Below, one piece after another: positions 20,465-30,574 of a stretch of DNA of 64,000 bases. A model generated the notes under the pieces. That model saw only the letters and a list, made by a program, of their open reading frames with translations. It was not told where the DNA came from and did not search any database. Positions within the stretch are counted from its first letter, which is position 1, and every line of letters starts with the position of its first letter. Position numbers and translations under genes: made by a program. The stretch is from NCBI GenBank assembly GCA_963793865.1, contig CAWCBP010000014.1:192001-256000 (forward strand), in the 5' to 3' direction. This DNA comes from an uncultured delta proteobacterium. Its GTDB lineage: Bacteria; Desulfobacterota; WTBG01.

Positions 20465-21619
20465 TTATTGACCCAATTCCTCCGGGTAGAATAACACAAA
20501 ACCGCCGCATCGTGTCTCCGGATCTTCGTTGTAAATATTCAGGATAAACTCATTGGTCTCCTTGCAATGGACAACGCAGATGCCGGTCAGGCCCTGGTAG
20601 CCCGGTATGTAATCGGCAATTTCGTCGCTCCGTGCGCTGCACGGCGAGTCGCTGTAGGTTTCGTTCATGTAGGCAGCGTTTGTTTCGCATTTGTCCTTCG
20701 CGTTCTCCGGGGTGAAGCCTGATCCGGTAAAATCAGCGCAGAAATAATTCTGTCCGTATAATTCTGAATAGAACAGGCAGCTGCCGTTTCCCGAGTCCAG
20801 TGAAGAGGGCCGGTCACAAACAGGTTTGCTGGGAGTTATTAAAACCGGATTTTCTTCAAAACTCTTTTCGAGCATCCAGCTCAGTATTGCCTGGTGGCTT
20901 AACAATTTGCAATATCTGACTCCCCGCAGATTTTCATCGGAAATATCCGGGTCATCGAGCGTTACATACAGGCTCCATGGTTCATAATAGAAGTGGTTTC
21001 CTTCCCGGGTTACTTTGGTGGCCGGATCAACATCAAGCCACGACGTTCCCATATGCACCGGGTTGGTCGTATCATCAAGCGGCGGCAGGTCATCGTCGGG
21101 GATGAAGGATAATTGTTTCCCCTGGGAAGGTAGCTGTCCCGCTCATCCTGTGATAAAACGTCATTGAGCACGGTGTCATAGACTGTCCTGCTGCACATCC
21201 GCGCAGATACCCTGCGGCTCATTGTTGCTGAATCCAAAGGCATCATCGACGCTGTCCTTGGATTTGAATTTAGCCAGTATCACACCATTGATGCTTGACG
21301 GTGCGTCCGGGTAAGTGCTCATGTCTTCCGGGACTATGGTATAAAAGGGCTGTATCCAGTTTTCCGCAGCATTCAGCGCCGCGTAGGATCCGCTGAATTC
21401 CAGCAGCGGCAGGTTGGTGGCCCTGATATCGATATCCTCTGACTCAGTGCGGGTCATGGTCTTCTGGGCATTCCAGACCAGGCAATCATCATATGCCCCG
21501 GCCAGCTCATACCCTGTTTTGCCGGTGTCGACATCACAGGTATAGGTCGGCGGTCTCTTGCACTGGCTATTCAGTGCCATGAGAAGGAGAATCTGCATTC
21601 CTATCAATACATACCTCAT
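20465..21619 (-). CDS. Cys-rich exported protein/lipoprotein of unknown function, split by about two frameshifts (near 21185 and 21110)
   Basis: N-terminal signal ending ALNSQC; three consecutive ORF pieces in different frames read as one protein. Confidence 0.55.
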
Positions 21620-21915
21620 ATTTCACCCCTTTGACGTTGTGATTGAACATGCTTTGTTGTTTATATATAAACCATAACTGTTTTTTTTGCTACATTGCCG
21701 ACATATTTATTTTGTGAAGATACATCAGTTAACTCGAACTAATAGTGCACCTACCGTTAAGCAGAGGGGAGGGGTTTTTCAAAACATTCGTGCCGAAATC
21801 AACTTTGAACCGCGCTGCATCAGTCCCATCCACATTGCCTTTCTTTTCTTCTCGGGGCGAGCGAGTGTGTTAATCAGCATGGATGTTGCACATAATAAAG
21901 ATGGACCATACCATA

Positions 21916-24402
21916 TCAAGGAGCTGTGACCACAAACCCTTCCCAGATTACTTCTCCGGTTTCACTCTGGGAATCCGTGACCACACACCGAATGGCATAG
22001 GTGCCCGCATCCCCGCTTCCGGTGTTCCACTGCCAGCTGGCGCTGTTTCCACCCACCGCGGTCCAGCCGGGATCAGATGCTTTCTTGATGGACCACTGAT
22101 AGGCGTAGGCGGGCTTGCCTCCGGTTACGTGTGAACTAAAGGTTACACTCCCTCCCGCCACAATAGATTCGGTTTCCCCGTTGGTAAGGTATACCAGGGG
22201 TTTCACGATGGCATTGAGCACATGGGAGGCGAGCATCTGGCCTACCCGGGGATCATCATTGGGTGGAATGTAAATCTCCCATGTTCCCGTATATTGATCC
22301 TGCACCGGGCCATTTGGATCCGGAGGGTCGCCGGCGGGATCATAACCCAAATGTCCGTATGCACTCATGTCAAAGCATAGCGATGGGTCCAGATCGCTCA
22401 TGCCCTGATTGATGGGCGTCTGCCGCACCGGCGGATACGGCATCAATGGATCACCGCATCCTCCCATCTCAAAGCAGCACTCAGGTTTTGAGGTCTGAGT
22501 TTCAACACCGTTGGTCAGGGCATTGCCGGCCGGGCTTCGGTTATCACGTATTATTTCATTGTCGCTGAACGTGCCGGAGAGCTGTTTTAGGGTAAGGGTG
22601 CCGGATGCTGTGTTCCCCTCTATCCATTTTATGACCGCTGTTGCATGGGATGACTGACCGGTTAGCGTTGCCCCCGCATGAAAAACTGCTGTACCGGTAT
22701 CGTAATTCAGTTTCCACTCCCCACAGTCGGTATCAACCCAGATACCCCAGTAATCGGCAAAGGGGTGACCCACGGTGGGATACCTGACGTAATCACCAGT
22801 ACCCCACTTGGCCCAGTTCTTATACCCGATCTCTCTGCCGGCAATCTGGTTATATATCTCAACCATGTTAAGGGCAGTATCGGTTACCACTTGGGGAAAC
22901 CCGATTGCGATATGCTGAACGCCCCGATCCTTAAGATATTCCAGGGCATCCCAGTAGCGATAGCCCCACTCTTCACCGGGCAGCACCTTATCAGTCTGGT
23001 AAAGCCAGGCGTGTCCATAGGATTCACCGCGCATATCCCGGTTTCGTTCCTCCAGCCCGTTTTCAGGATTCACCATCTGGATACCCCCATAGGCTCCGAT
23101 AATATTGTCCGGGTCCATGGTAGAATGACGGCTGAGTAGCTCTGCCTTCACATTCTTATTGATAATCTGGGTATCATTCACCTTCGGATCAAACCACTCG
23201 TTATAATCGTGGAGGGCATGATTGAAGAGGATGACGCCCGTATCGGCAACAGAAACGGTGCTTGAGAAAGCACCCTCAATGGCTTCCACATTGAGGTCAG
23301 TCACCACCGGATCCGTTACAATGGGGTTGGGACTGCCGTTGAGCAGCACGTGGCTGTCCACAGTCGGATCCTTGAGAACACGGGTCCATCCCGCAGGTTC
23401 TGTAGGATAGGAACGCTCCATCAGGTTGCTGTAATCATTTACCCAGAGCAAAGGGATGGAGATGCCGTATTTGGTTTTCCAGGCATCAAGGGTGCGCTTG
23501 GTCATCTCCACCACGTCGTAGGATTTGGAGAAGCGCGGCCCCCCCACCGTCCAGTCAACCATGATGATCCGGTAGGCGCCCTTTTTCAGCAATCGCTCCG
23601 CCGGGCCGTCTACGTTGTACCGATCCGGATTACAACCGTCCCAGGGCCCGCCTGTTGCACCTTCGCCGCAGTAGGTGCAGTCGGGATAGGCCCCTGCCGG
23701 GTCAGCCAACCCGTCGGGTCCATAGTAAATGAACCGCGGGTAGGCATAATGATCCACACGGTCAGCGGCCATGTAACCCGCCCAATCCACCTCGAAGTTG
23801 AGACCATAAGTATTTGCGTCGAGCGCAGCCTTCATATCCAGCAGCTGCTGGTCAGAAAGAGAGTGAAAGGGATCAGTTCCGCCAATCCGTTCGTACTCGA
23901 ACTCATACATCCTGATAAACCTGGCCGCAAACTCCCCAAATGAGGGATCCAGCACCAGGGGCCATAAGGGTGGGTTCCAGATGACAAGCTTGTACACCGA
24001 GTGGTTCGGATCATATGAAAACTGGTGCACCGAGGCATCCCACATGTATTGTGGTTGGTAGGTGTCCATGCCGCCATGGATTACAAAGATGACACCAACG
24101 GGCCGGGTGCACGCAGGGCATGGGTTGCTCAGTGAGGTTCTGCCGAAGTCTGATTTGAACACCGCCGCATCAGTGCCATCGGCATCGCTATCCCCGTCAA
24201 AATTTCCATAACAGGGATTATCGTAGGTACAGGGATTGTTATTATAAGTGCTTCTGCCGAAATGCTTCTTGAAAACTGCCGCGTCGGTTCCATCCTGGTC
24301 CAGGTCGCAGTCGAAATTTCCCTGGCACTGATCCTGTGCCATTACTGGAGTCACTGCGAATAGTAACAACCCCGCAAGCACTAATAATAGTTTCATCATC
24401 AT
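21916..24402 (-). CDS. Secreted protein: N-terminal dockerin-like module, ferrochelatase (class II chelatase)-like core, C-terminal Ig/PKD-like domain
   Basis: Signal peptide; VGVIFVIHG; YERIGGTDPFHSLSDQQLLDMKAAL (cf. HemH YxxIGGxSPLxxxTxxQxxxL); GVILFNHAL; DALEYLKDRGVQHIAIGFPQVVTD. Confidence 0.65.
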   Translation of the reverse strand: MMMKLLLVLAGLLLFAVTPVMAQDQCQGNFDCDLDQDGTDAAVFKKHFGRSTYNNNPCTYDNPCYGNFDGDSDADGTDAAVFKSDFGRTSLSNPCPACTRPVGVIFVIHGGMDTYQPQYMWDASVHQFSYDPNHSVYKLVIWNPPLWPLVLDPSFGEFAARFIRMYEFEYERIGGTDPFHSLSDQQLLDMKAALDANTYGLNFEVDWAGYMAADRVDHYAYPRFIYYGPDGLADPAGAYPDCTYCGEGATGGPWDGCNPDRYNVDGPAERLLKKGAYRIIMVDWTVGGPRFSKSYDVVEMTKRTLDAWKTKYGISIPLLWVNDYSNLMERSYPTEPAGWTRVLKDPTVDSHVLLNGSPNPIVTDPVVTDLNVEAIEGAFSSTVSVADTGVILFNHALHDYNEWFDPKVNDTQIINKNVKAELLSRHSTMDPDNIIGAYGGIQMVNPENGLEERNRDMRGESYGHAWLYQTDKVLPGEEWGYRYWDALEYLKDRGVQHIAIGFPQVVTDTALNMVEIYNQIAGREIGYKNWAKWGTGDYVRYPTVGHPFADYWGIWVDTDCGEWKLNYDTGTAVFHAGATLTGQSSHATAVIKWIEGNTASGTLTLKQLSGTFSDNEIIRDNRSPAGNALTNGVETQTSKPECCFEMGGCGDPLMPYPPVRQTPINQGMSDLDPSLCFDMSAYGHLGYDPAGDPPDPNGPVQDQYTGTWEIYIPPNDDPRVGQMLASHVLNAIVKPLVYLTNGETESIVAGGSVTFSSHVTGGKPAYAYQWSIKKASDPGWTAVGGNSASWQWNTGSGDAGTYAIRCVVTDSQSETGEVIWEGFVVTAP

Positions 24403-24470
24403 GGTTCCCCCCTGTTTGTAAAAATTTGTCTCGAATTAAAAAGATGCACGCACTGCCGGCACCTCGTAAA

Positions 24471-25133
24471 TCAGGGCTTCAATTTTTTCTTGAGGTTGCT
24501 TGAAAGCTCTTCATCCTTAATTATTTTTCCTGTAAGCAATAAGATTTTTGCAATTTTCTCTTTAGAAATATTGAATTCAGACAGCGCCATGTTGATTATC
24601 AACGAATAAATATCTACAGGACTTACCGGTATTTGTTCATTAATCGCAGCCATCATGAGTGCTTTGGTAGCTCCATGAATGGCCACAATTTTGGAATGAA
24701 TCTCCTTATCAGAAAAATGAAGGTTTAAATCGTTTAATAATTTCTTCATTTTGTTGACTTTGATGTTAATCACTGCATGGTCAACGGATGCAGTTTGAGA
24801 GATGGCCTTGTAAAGATTTAACAGGTGTTTATCCTTTAAAATCTCACATGTTGCCAATGCCACATCCAATGCATATCGCAACAATGGCTCCTGGCATTCC
24901 ACGGCAATCCTGTCGGTGAGACGGCTGATGTCCACAAGGGCATCGTGCAAGCCGGAGAGAAGGATCTCCTCCTTGTTCTTAAAAAAGTGATAAAGGGTTC
25001 CCGTTGACAATCCGGACTTTTGCAAGATCTGCCGGACAGACGTTGCATCATATCCCTGCTCAAGGAAGAGCCGACGGGAAATCCTTATTATTCTTCGTTT
25101 CGTCACTAAAGCATTAGCTTCCCTGATGTTCAT
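24471..25133 (-). CDS. TetR/AcrR family transcriptional regulator
   Basis: LFLEQGYDATSVRQI....GLSTGTLYHFFKNKEEIL helix-turn-helix. Confidence 0.95.
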   Translation of the reverse strand: MNIREANALVTKRRIIRISRRLFLEQGYDATSVRQILQKSGLSTGTLYHFFKNKEEILLSGLHDALVDISRLTDRIAVECQEPLLRYALDVALATCEILKDKHLLNLYKAISQTASVDHAVINIKVNKMKKLLNDLNLHFSDKEIHSKIVAIHGATKALMMAAINEQIPVSPVDIYSLIINMALSEFNISKEKIAKILLLTGKIIKDEELSSNLKKKLKP

Positions 25134-25185
25134 GCGCCCTATACCTTTTTGCGGATTGATTGTGGGGTCCTGAGCCGCAATGAAT

Positions 25186-25266
25186 TAGAACATGTTTTTT
25201 TTCTCTTGACAAGCAAAAAATAGGCATGATACAGGTAGAACATGTTCTAATTTAGAAGGATGTTTT
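25186..25266. promoter_or_regulatory. Divergent promoter with probable TetR operators
   Basis: Perfect palindrome TAGAACATGTTCTA at 25236-25249, degenerate copy TAGAACATGTTTTT at 25186-25199, TTGACA at 25206. Confidence 0.75.
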
Positions 25267-25350
25267 TACCACGCTGCCGGGATTTTTAGCGACACGTGAT
25301 CTTGACAGCAGATGACCATCCGGACACAGGCAATTTACAGGAGGAAAAAC

Positions 25351-26059
25351 ATGAAGACAATTCTCTTATACTCAGCGGATAATCGAGGCGCTTGCCCCGC
25401 TCAATCCACAGCCCATGACGACATATCAGGGAGAGGACGTCACCCGGTTTGAAAATATTGAAACCGATATGATGATCCACACCATGCGCTGCTTTGAAGC
25501 GGACAAGCTGGATAAAATCGTCACTATTAAAGCGGATGTGATGGGCGGCAAGATCATCGTGTGGGGCACTACCATTGTTCCATCTGATGAGTACCCGCTG
25601 CCCATGTTTACGTCAGAGATTGTTCAGGCAGTGAATCATCTCAGCCTGCGGGTAGATCTTATTCCCTTGGCTGATTGCGGACGCGATATGGCGTATCTTG
25701 AAAAATATATGGCCCCCATGGAGCCTGTCTGGGAGAAATACAAAGACATTGAGGGAATGGGAACTGAGCGATACCTCTGGCACCGGGTGATGCTCTCCCC
25801 GTTTTATACCTATGGGAAGATTAAGTATGACGTTAAAAATATTGAGGAACTATCTCTGGACATTACCACTGAATACTTGAAACTGTACACCCGATTCTGG
25901 TCCGAAGCGGAAAAGGCCGACCCCTCCTACCTGGAAGCATTGAATGGAAGGAAAAGGGACATGCTTAAAATCATGCTGGAGAACGATCCCGGTGAAGGAC
26001 CGCTTAAGAAGGCTTTGGGTAAGGAAAACGCGGAAAAGCTGCTTGCACTCCTTTTTTAG
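25351..26059 (+). CDS. Ferredoxin-dependent bilin reductase / RCCR-like protein; real start probably 25351 with a frameshift near 25365
   Basis: PSDEYPLPMF, VDLIPLADC...YLEKY, MLSPF, EYLKLY, ENDPGEGPLKKALG...LLF; RBS AGGAGG before ATG 25351. Confidence 0.7.
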
Positions 26060-26196
26060 AGGAACAGACACATTCATCGACATTTCCTCACGTTGCATGG
26101 AGGAACAGCCTTACGCCTGAGTTTATGGATAAGGTACAAGACAAGCGATCTTCCGAGAAATAACACCATACCTATGAAGGGAAAGGGTCGGTAACC

Positions 26197-28155
26197 ATGA
26201 AGCTTTTAGAACCCGGTTATATCGGTACACTCAAGGTTAAAAACCGTGTGGTTATGGCAGCAATGGGTGCCCATGGCCTGCATGAAGGTGACGCAGTCTG
26301 GGGGAAACGATATCGTGCCTACTATGGGGCACGGGCTGCCGGCGGGGTGGGCCTCATTACGACCGAGGCCACCTTTGCCACCCAGGAACTCGAACCGTTC
26401 TCCCGGGGACTGTTTAACGTGGCGTCAGACAAGCATCTGGATTCCATGCGACTGCTTGCCAATACCCTCCATTTCTATGGCTGTAAGCTTTCAATTCAGC
26501 TGACCGCCGGCTTCGGCCGAGTTGTTCCCCCGCCGGTGGTACCTGAAGGTGTGCTGCCTGTTTCGGCCTCGGTTAACACCCACTATTCACCGGTCATGCA
26601 TCTCGATCCGGACGCCATGACCAGGGAGATAACCACTGAGGAGGCATCAGCCCTTGCCCAGGCCTTCGGCTATGCCGCGATGCGCTGCCGCGAAGGCGGA
26701 GCAGACTGCGTCGAGCTGCATGGTCATGAGGGTTATTTACTGGACCAGTTTATGACCCCCCTCTGGAACCGGCGTGACGACCGCTATGGCGGCTCGCGTG
26801 AGAAAAGACTCAACCTGGCCCGGGAAGCGATAGCGGCCATTAAGCGTGATGCCGGTCAGGATTTTCCCGTTATCTACCGCTTTGGCATTACCCATCACCT
26901 CGAAGGCGGAAGAGACGAGGAAGAAGGTCTCTGGATTGCCCGGGAGCTGGAAAACATGGGGGTTGATGCGCTTCATGTCGATGCCGGCTGTTACGAGACA
27001 CACTGGTGGCCCCATCCTCCCCAGTATTTCCCGCCCGGCTGCATGGTGGATATCGCTGAAAAGGTTAAGAAGGTCACCTCGCTGCCGGTTATTGCCGTTG
27101 GCAGGCTCCATCATCCGGAAACAGCCGAAAGGGCACTGGCGGAAGGCAAGGCCGACTTTATTGCCATCGGCAGGGGACTGTTATCCGAGCCTGACTGGGT
27201 CAATAAAATTGCGGACGGGAAGACCGATGAGCTGATTCCCTGTTTAGGGTGTCACGAAGGGTGCAAGTGGCAGATGATTGTCGGACAGCCGACAAGTTGT
27301 GCCATAAATCCTTCCTGCGGCCATGAAATCGAGTGGGCACTTACCCCTCTTGCCGAGAAAAGGTCTCTTCTGGTGGTCGGCGGCGGTCCGGCCGGGATTG
27401 AGGCGGCACGGGTTGGCGCAGCGCGCGGGTTTGATGTTACGCTCTGGGAAGCTTCAGACCGGCTGGGCGGAAATCTCTGGCCTGCGGCACAACCGGATTT
27501 CAAGCGTGATATTTCTGATTACATACACTACCTCTCAGGACTTGTGAAGCGGTTGCCGATCAATCTCGTTCTTAATAAAAAGGCGACTGCCGAAGATGTC
27601 CGAAACTGTGGCGCAGATTATGTCGTTCTTGCGACCGGGGCACAGATGGAGAAGCCGCCTTTTGATAATGGAGCAGGGGAGAAGGTGCTCACGGTGATCC
27701 AGGTGCTGAAAGGTTTGGAACCCCGGGGCGAGAGGGTGCTTATCATGGGGGGAGGGGTGATCGGCTGTGAGACGGCCCTCTACCTGGCACGCCGGGGTAA
27801 GCAGGTTACCATCAGCACCAGGCGGGATAAAAGTGCACTGGCGGAAGATCTCTACGATCACAATAATCACGATGTGCTGCTCATGATGATAAAAGCTGCT
27901 GACATCACGGTGCTTTCAGAGGCCGTCCCCGTAAGGGTGGAGAACGATGGTGTGGTAATCAACAAAGCCGGCGCCGAAACAAAAATCCCGGTTGACAGCC
28001 TTGTGTTTTCCGGTCGGATGATACCGGAAAATGGGCTTGGCAAATCTCTTGCGAACATGCATAATGTTTTCAGCGTTGGCGACTGCGTAAACCCGGAAAG
28101 AATTATGGAAGCTGTTTGGGCGGCTTTTAAGACGGTGAGAGAAATCGAACCGTAA
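26197..28155 (+). CDS. NADH:flavin oxidoreductase (OYE / enoate reductase-type with FeS and FAD domains)
   Basis: ELHGHEGYLLDQF, CLGCHEGC...CAINP, two GxGxxG motifs. Confidence 0.92.
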   Translation: MKLLEPGYIGTLKVKNRVVMAAMGAHGLHEGDAVWGKRYRAYYGARAAGGVGLITTEATFATQELEPFSRGLFNVASDKHLDSMRLLANTLHFYGCKLSIQLTAGFGRVVPPPVVPEGVLPVSASVNTHYSPVMHLDPDAMTREITTEEASALAQAFGYAAMRCREGGADCVELHGHEGYLLDQFMTPLWNRRDDRYGGSREKRLNLAREAIAAIKRDAGQDFPVIYRFGITHHLEGGRDEEEGLWIARELENMGVDALHVDAGCYETHWWPHPPQYFPPGCMVDIAEKVKKVTSLPVIAVGRLHHPETAERALAEGKADFIAIGRGLLSEPDWVNKIADGKTDELIPCLGCHEGCKWQMIVGQPTSCAINPSCGHEIEWALTPLAEKRSLLVVGGGPAGIEAARVGAARGFDVTLWEASDRLGGNLWPAAQPDFKRDISDYIHYLSGLVKRLPINLVLNKKATAEDVRNCGADYVVLATGAQMEKPPFDNGAGEKVLTVIQVLKGLEPRGERVLIMGGGVIGCETALYLARRGKQVTISTRRDKSALAEDLYDHNNHDVLLMMIKAADITVLSEAVPVRVENDGVVINKAGAETKIPVDSLVFSGRMIPENGLGKSLANMHNVFSVGDCVNPERIMEAVWAAFKTVREIEP

Positions 28156-28404
28156 AACAGGACCTTTATGCGCTCCCCTAAGATTGCCATGCTCGCACCC
28201 CTGTGGGTGTTGATGTTCCTCTGGCTTGCTCCGGCCGCATACACCATGCGGATGCAAGGAGTGCGTCCCTCCCTGTGATTCTTATCTACATGTAGAGGCA
28301 ACCAGCCGGTTGCTCCTACGAAGCAGATATTATTTTTGTGTTACCCCCCTGCCCCTGCGGGTCGCCACGAAGCATGAAAATATATAATTCCCCTCTCCCC
28401 GCGG

Positions 28405-28534
28405 GAGACTGTGTCATAATGGGTGAAATGCTTTGTTTGTCATTCTGAACGCAGTGAAGAATCTCATAGAATCAACTAATTAGAAAATGGAGATTCTTCG
28501 GCTTCGCCTCAGAATGACATTGTGACACAGGCTC
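28405..28534. mobile_element. 130-bp MITE with 16-bp terminal inverted repeats and GCGG target duplication, inserted in a REP hairpin
   Basis: GAGACTGTGTCATAAT / ATTGTGACACAGGCTC (14 of 16 match); gcgg directly flanks both ends. Confidence 0.8.
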
Positions 28535-28563
28535 GCGGTGGGAGAGGGTTAGGGTGAGGGGGT

Positions 28564-30504
28564 ATGCTAAATCTATTTTCGAATCACAGTAATACCTCTA
28601 TAGTGCACCTGATAAATCTGTGGGATGGTTTATTAATAGGAAGCTCACTGCATCAAACCATCCATTCAACACAGGAGGGAATAGGGATGAGATATGCGTT
28701 TTGTACAAAGCTGAGTAAAAGTTTGACATGGCTGGCGTCATTGGTGATGACTTTTTGCTGGACCGTTTCTGTATATGCAATTTCCAATATGAAAAGAATG
28801 CGGTCTCTCATTTATTGTAACATGGTTATGCTTATGCTTGTAGTGATGTTTGGGTGTGTGCCATACCCGGAGAGTGGACCGGCTGATCTTGTAATCAAGA
28901 ATGCGAAAGTTGTTACGGTTGATAAGGAAAATCCGGAAGCCGAGGCCGTCGCGTTTGTTGGAGAGTTTATTGTAGACGTAACATCCAACAGGAACATTGC
29001 AAAGTACATTCAAAAAGGAAAGACGGAAGTTATTGATGCCGGAGGGAGACTTGTCATACCCGGATTCAATGATGCTCATGCGCATTTTTCATCCGTTAAC
29101 CTTGATTTCATTGACCTCCGGTATATCACCGATCCGAGTATCATTACAGAAAAGGTGCGGGACAAGATAGCTGTATCACAACCGGGAGAGCTTATCATGG
29201 GTGGTAACTGGGACCACGAGATGTTTCCCGACAAAAGGTGGCCAACCAAAGAGTTAATCGACCCTGTTTCTCCTGACAACCCCGTGTTACTCTTCCGGAC
29301 AGATTACCACTCGGTATTGGTTAACAGCTATGTGTTAAGGAATTCGGGAATAACCAAGGATACGCCCGATCCGGAGGGCGGAGAGATTCAGAGAGACAGC
29401 ATGACGGGAGAGCCTACAGGTATACTCAAGGAATCGGCAAAGGGGTTGATTAAAACCGGGGAAATACCGGTTGAAAGAACCCCTGAAGAGATTAAGCAAC
29501 GCCTGATCGAAGGTTGGAAGGCAGCATTTAGGATGGCTGCTGAACTTGGTGTGACAAGTATTCAGCATCCGGGAGAGGGAGACGCTGAATTTTACCAGGA
29601 ATGGTTTGACCAGGGAATGCTCACGTGCCGGATAGATGTTGCCGGTCGGCTCACTAACGATACAGACGCCCTGGAAAAATACGATGAGTTGAGAGAGAAA
29701 TATCCACCCGAAGGAAACTGGATCCGTTTCGGATACCTGAAAGGGCAAATTGATGGGACACTGGGTTCAGCTACCTGTATGCTTTATGAACCGTTCATCG
29801 GTGACCCGGATAATACAGGTTTATCTCAGATGACCTATGAAGAGCTGGAACAGAAAGTGGTGACATGCGACAGTATGGGATTCCAGATCGGAATACATGC
29901 CATTGGCGATAAGGCCAATACCTGGATCCTGAATGCTTTTGAAAAAGCAGCCGAAGCAAACGGCTGGAGGGATAGCAGACACCGTAGTGAACACGCTCAG
30001 ATCCTTATTGAAGAAGATATTCCCAGGTTTGCACAACTGGGTGTCATCGCTTCCATGCAACCCACCCACTGCATAACAGATAAACGGTTTTGTGAAAAAC
30101 GGATTGGTATGGAGCGATCTAGGTATGCATATGCCTGGAGGAGTTTATTGGATGCAGATGCAAAGATTGCTTTTGGAACCGATCACCCTGTTGAACCACT
30201 GGATCCAATGGAAGGATTATATGCAGCCGTTACCCGCAAAGACCGTATGGGAGAGGAAGGTGATGGCTGGTTCCCGGAACAGAAACTGACCATGGAAGAA
30301 GCCATTGAGCTCTATACCCGTGGGGCAGCATATGTTCAATTCATGGAGAACAGGAAGGGCGTGATCAAAAAGGGTTATCTGGGGGATGTTGTTATTGTAA
30401 ACCAGGATCTGATGACCGTCCCTGAAGAAGATATTATGAAGACAAAAATTGATTATACCATAGTTGGAGGTAACGTGGTTTTTAAGAGGAACGACACCGA
30501 CTGA
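28564..30504 (+). CDS. Amidohydrolase 3 family (YtcJ-like), probable lipoprotein; true start likely downstream of 28564
   Basis: VIPGFNDAHAH, IHAIGDKA, RHRSEHAQ, SMQPTH, FGTDHP; hydrophobic stretch ending FGC. Confidence 0.88.
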   Translation: MLNLFSNHSNTSIVHLINLWDGLLIGSSLHQTIHSTQEGIGMRYAFCTKLSKSLTWLASLVMTFCWTVSVYAISNMKRMRSLIYCNMVMLMLVVMFGCVPYPESGPADLVIKNAKVVTVDKENPEAEAVAFVGEFIVDVTSNRNIAKYIQKGKTEVIDAGGRLVIPGFNDAHAHFSSVNLDFIDLRYITDPSIITEKVRDKIAVSQPGELIMGGNWDHEMFPDKRWPTKELIDPVSPDNPVLLFRTDYHSVLVNSYVLRNSGITKDTPDPEGGEIQRDSMTGEPTGILKESAKGLIKTGEIPVERTPEEIKQRLIEGWKAAFRMAAELGVTSIQHPGEGDAEFYQEWFDQGMLTCRIDVAGRLTNDTDALEKYDELREKYPPEGNWIRFGYLKGQIDGTLGSATCMLYEPFIGDPDNTGLSQMTYEELEQKVVTCDSMGFQIGIHAIGDKANTWILNAFEKAAEANGWRDSRHRSEHAQILIEEDIPRFAQLGVIASMQPTHCITDKRFCEKRIGMERSRYAYAWRSLLDADAKIAFGTDHPVEPLDPMEGLYAAVTRKDRMGEEGDGWFPEQKLTMEEAIELYTRGAAYVQFMENRKGVIKKGYLGDVVIVNQDLMTVPEEDIMKTKIDYTIVGGNVVFKRNDTD

Positions 30505-30574
30505 CTGAATTGTCCCTGACACTTAATCTCATCTAACCGCCTCTTCGGATAATAGCAATCGGCATTAAATCCAA

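Noticed and set aside
26197..28155. Bilirubin reductase BilR orthologue
   Set aside because: Active-site motif is HGHEGY rather than HGDR
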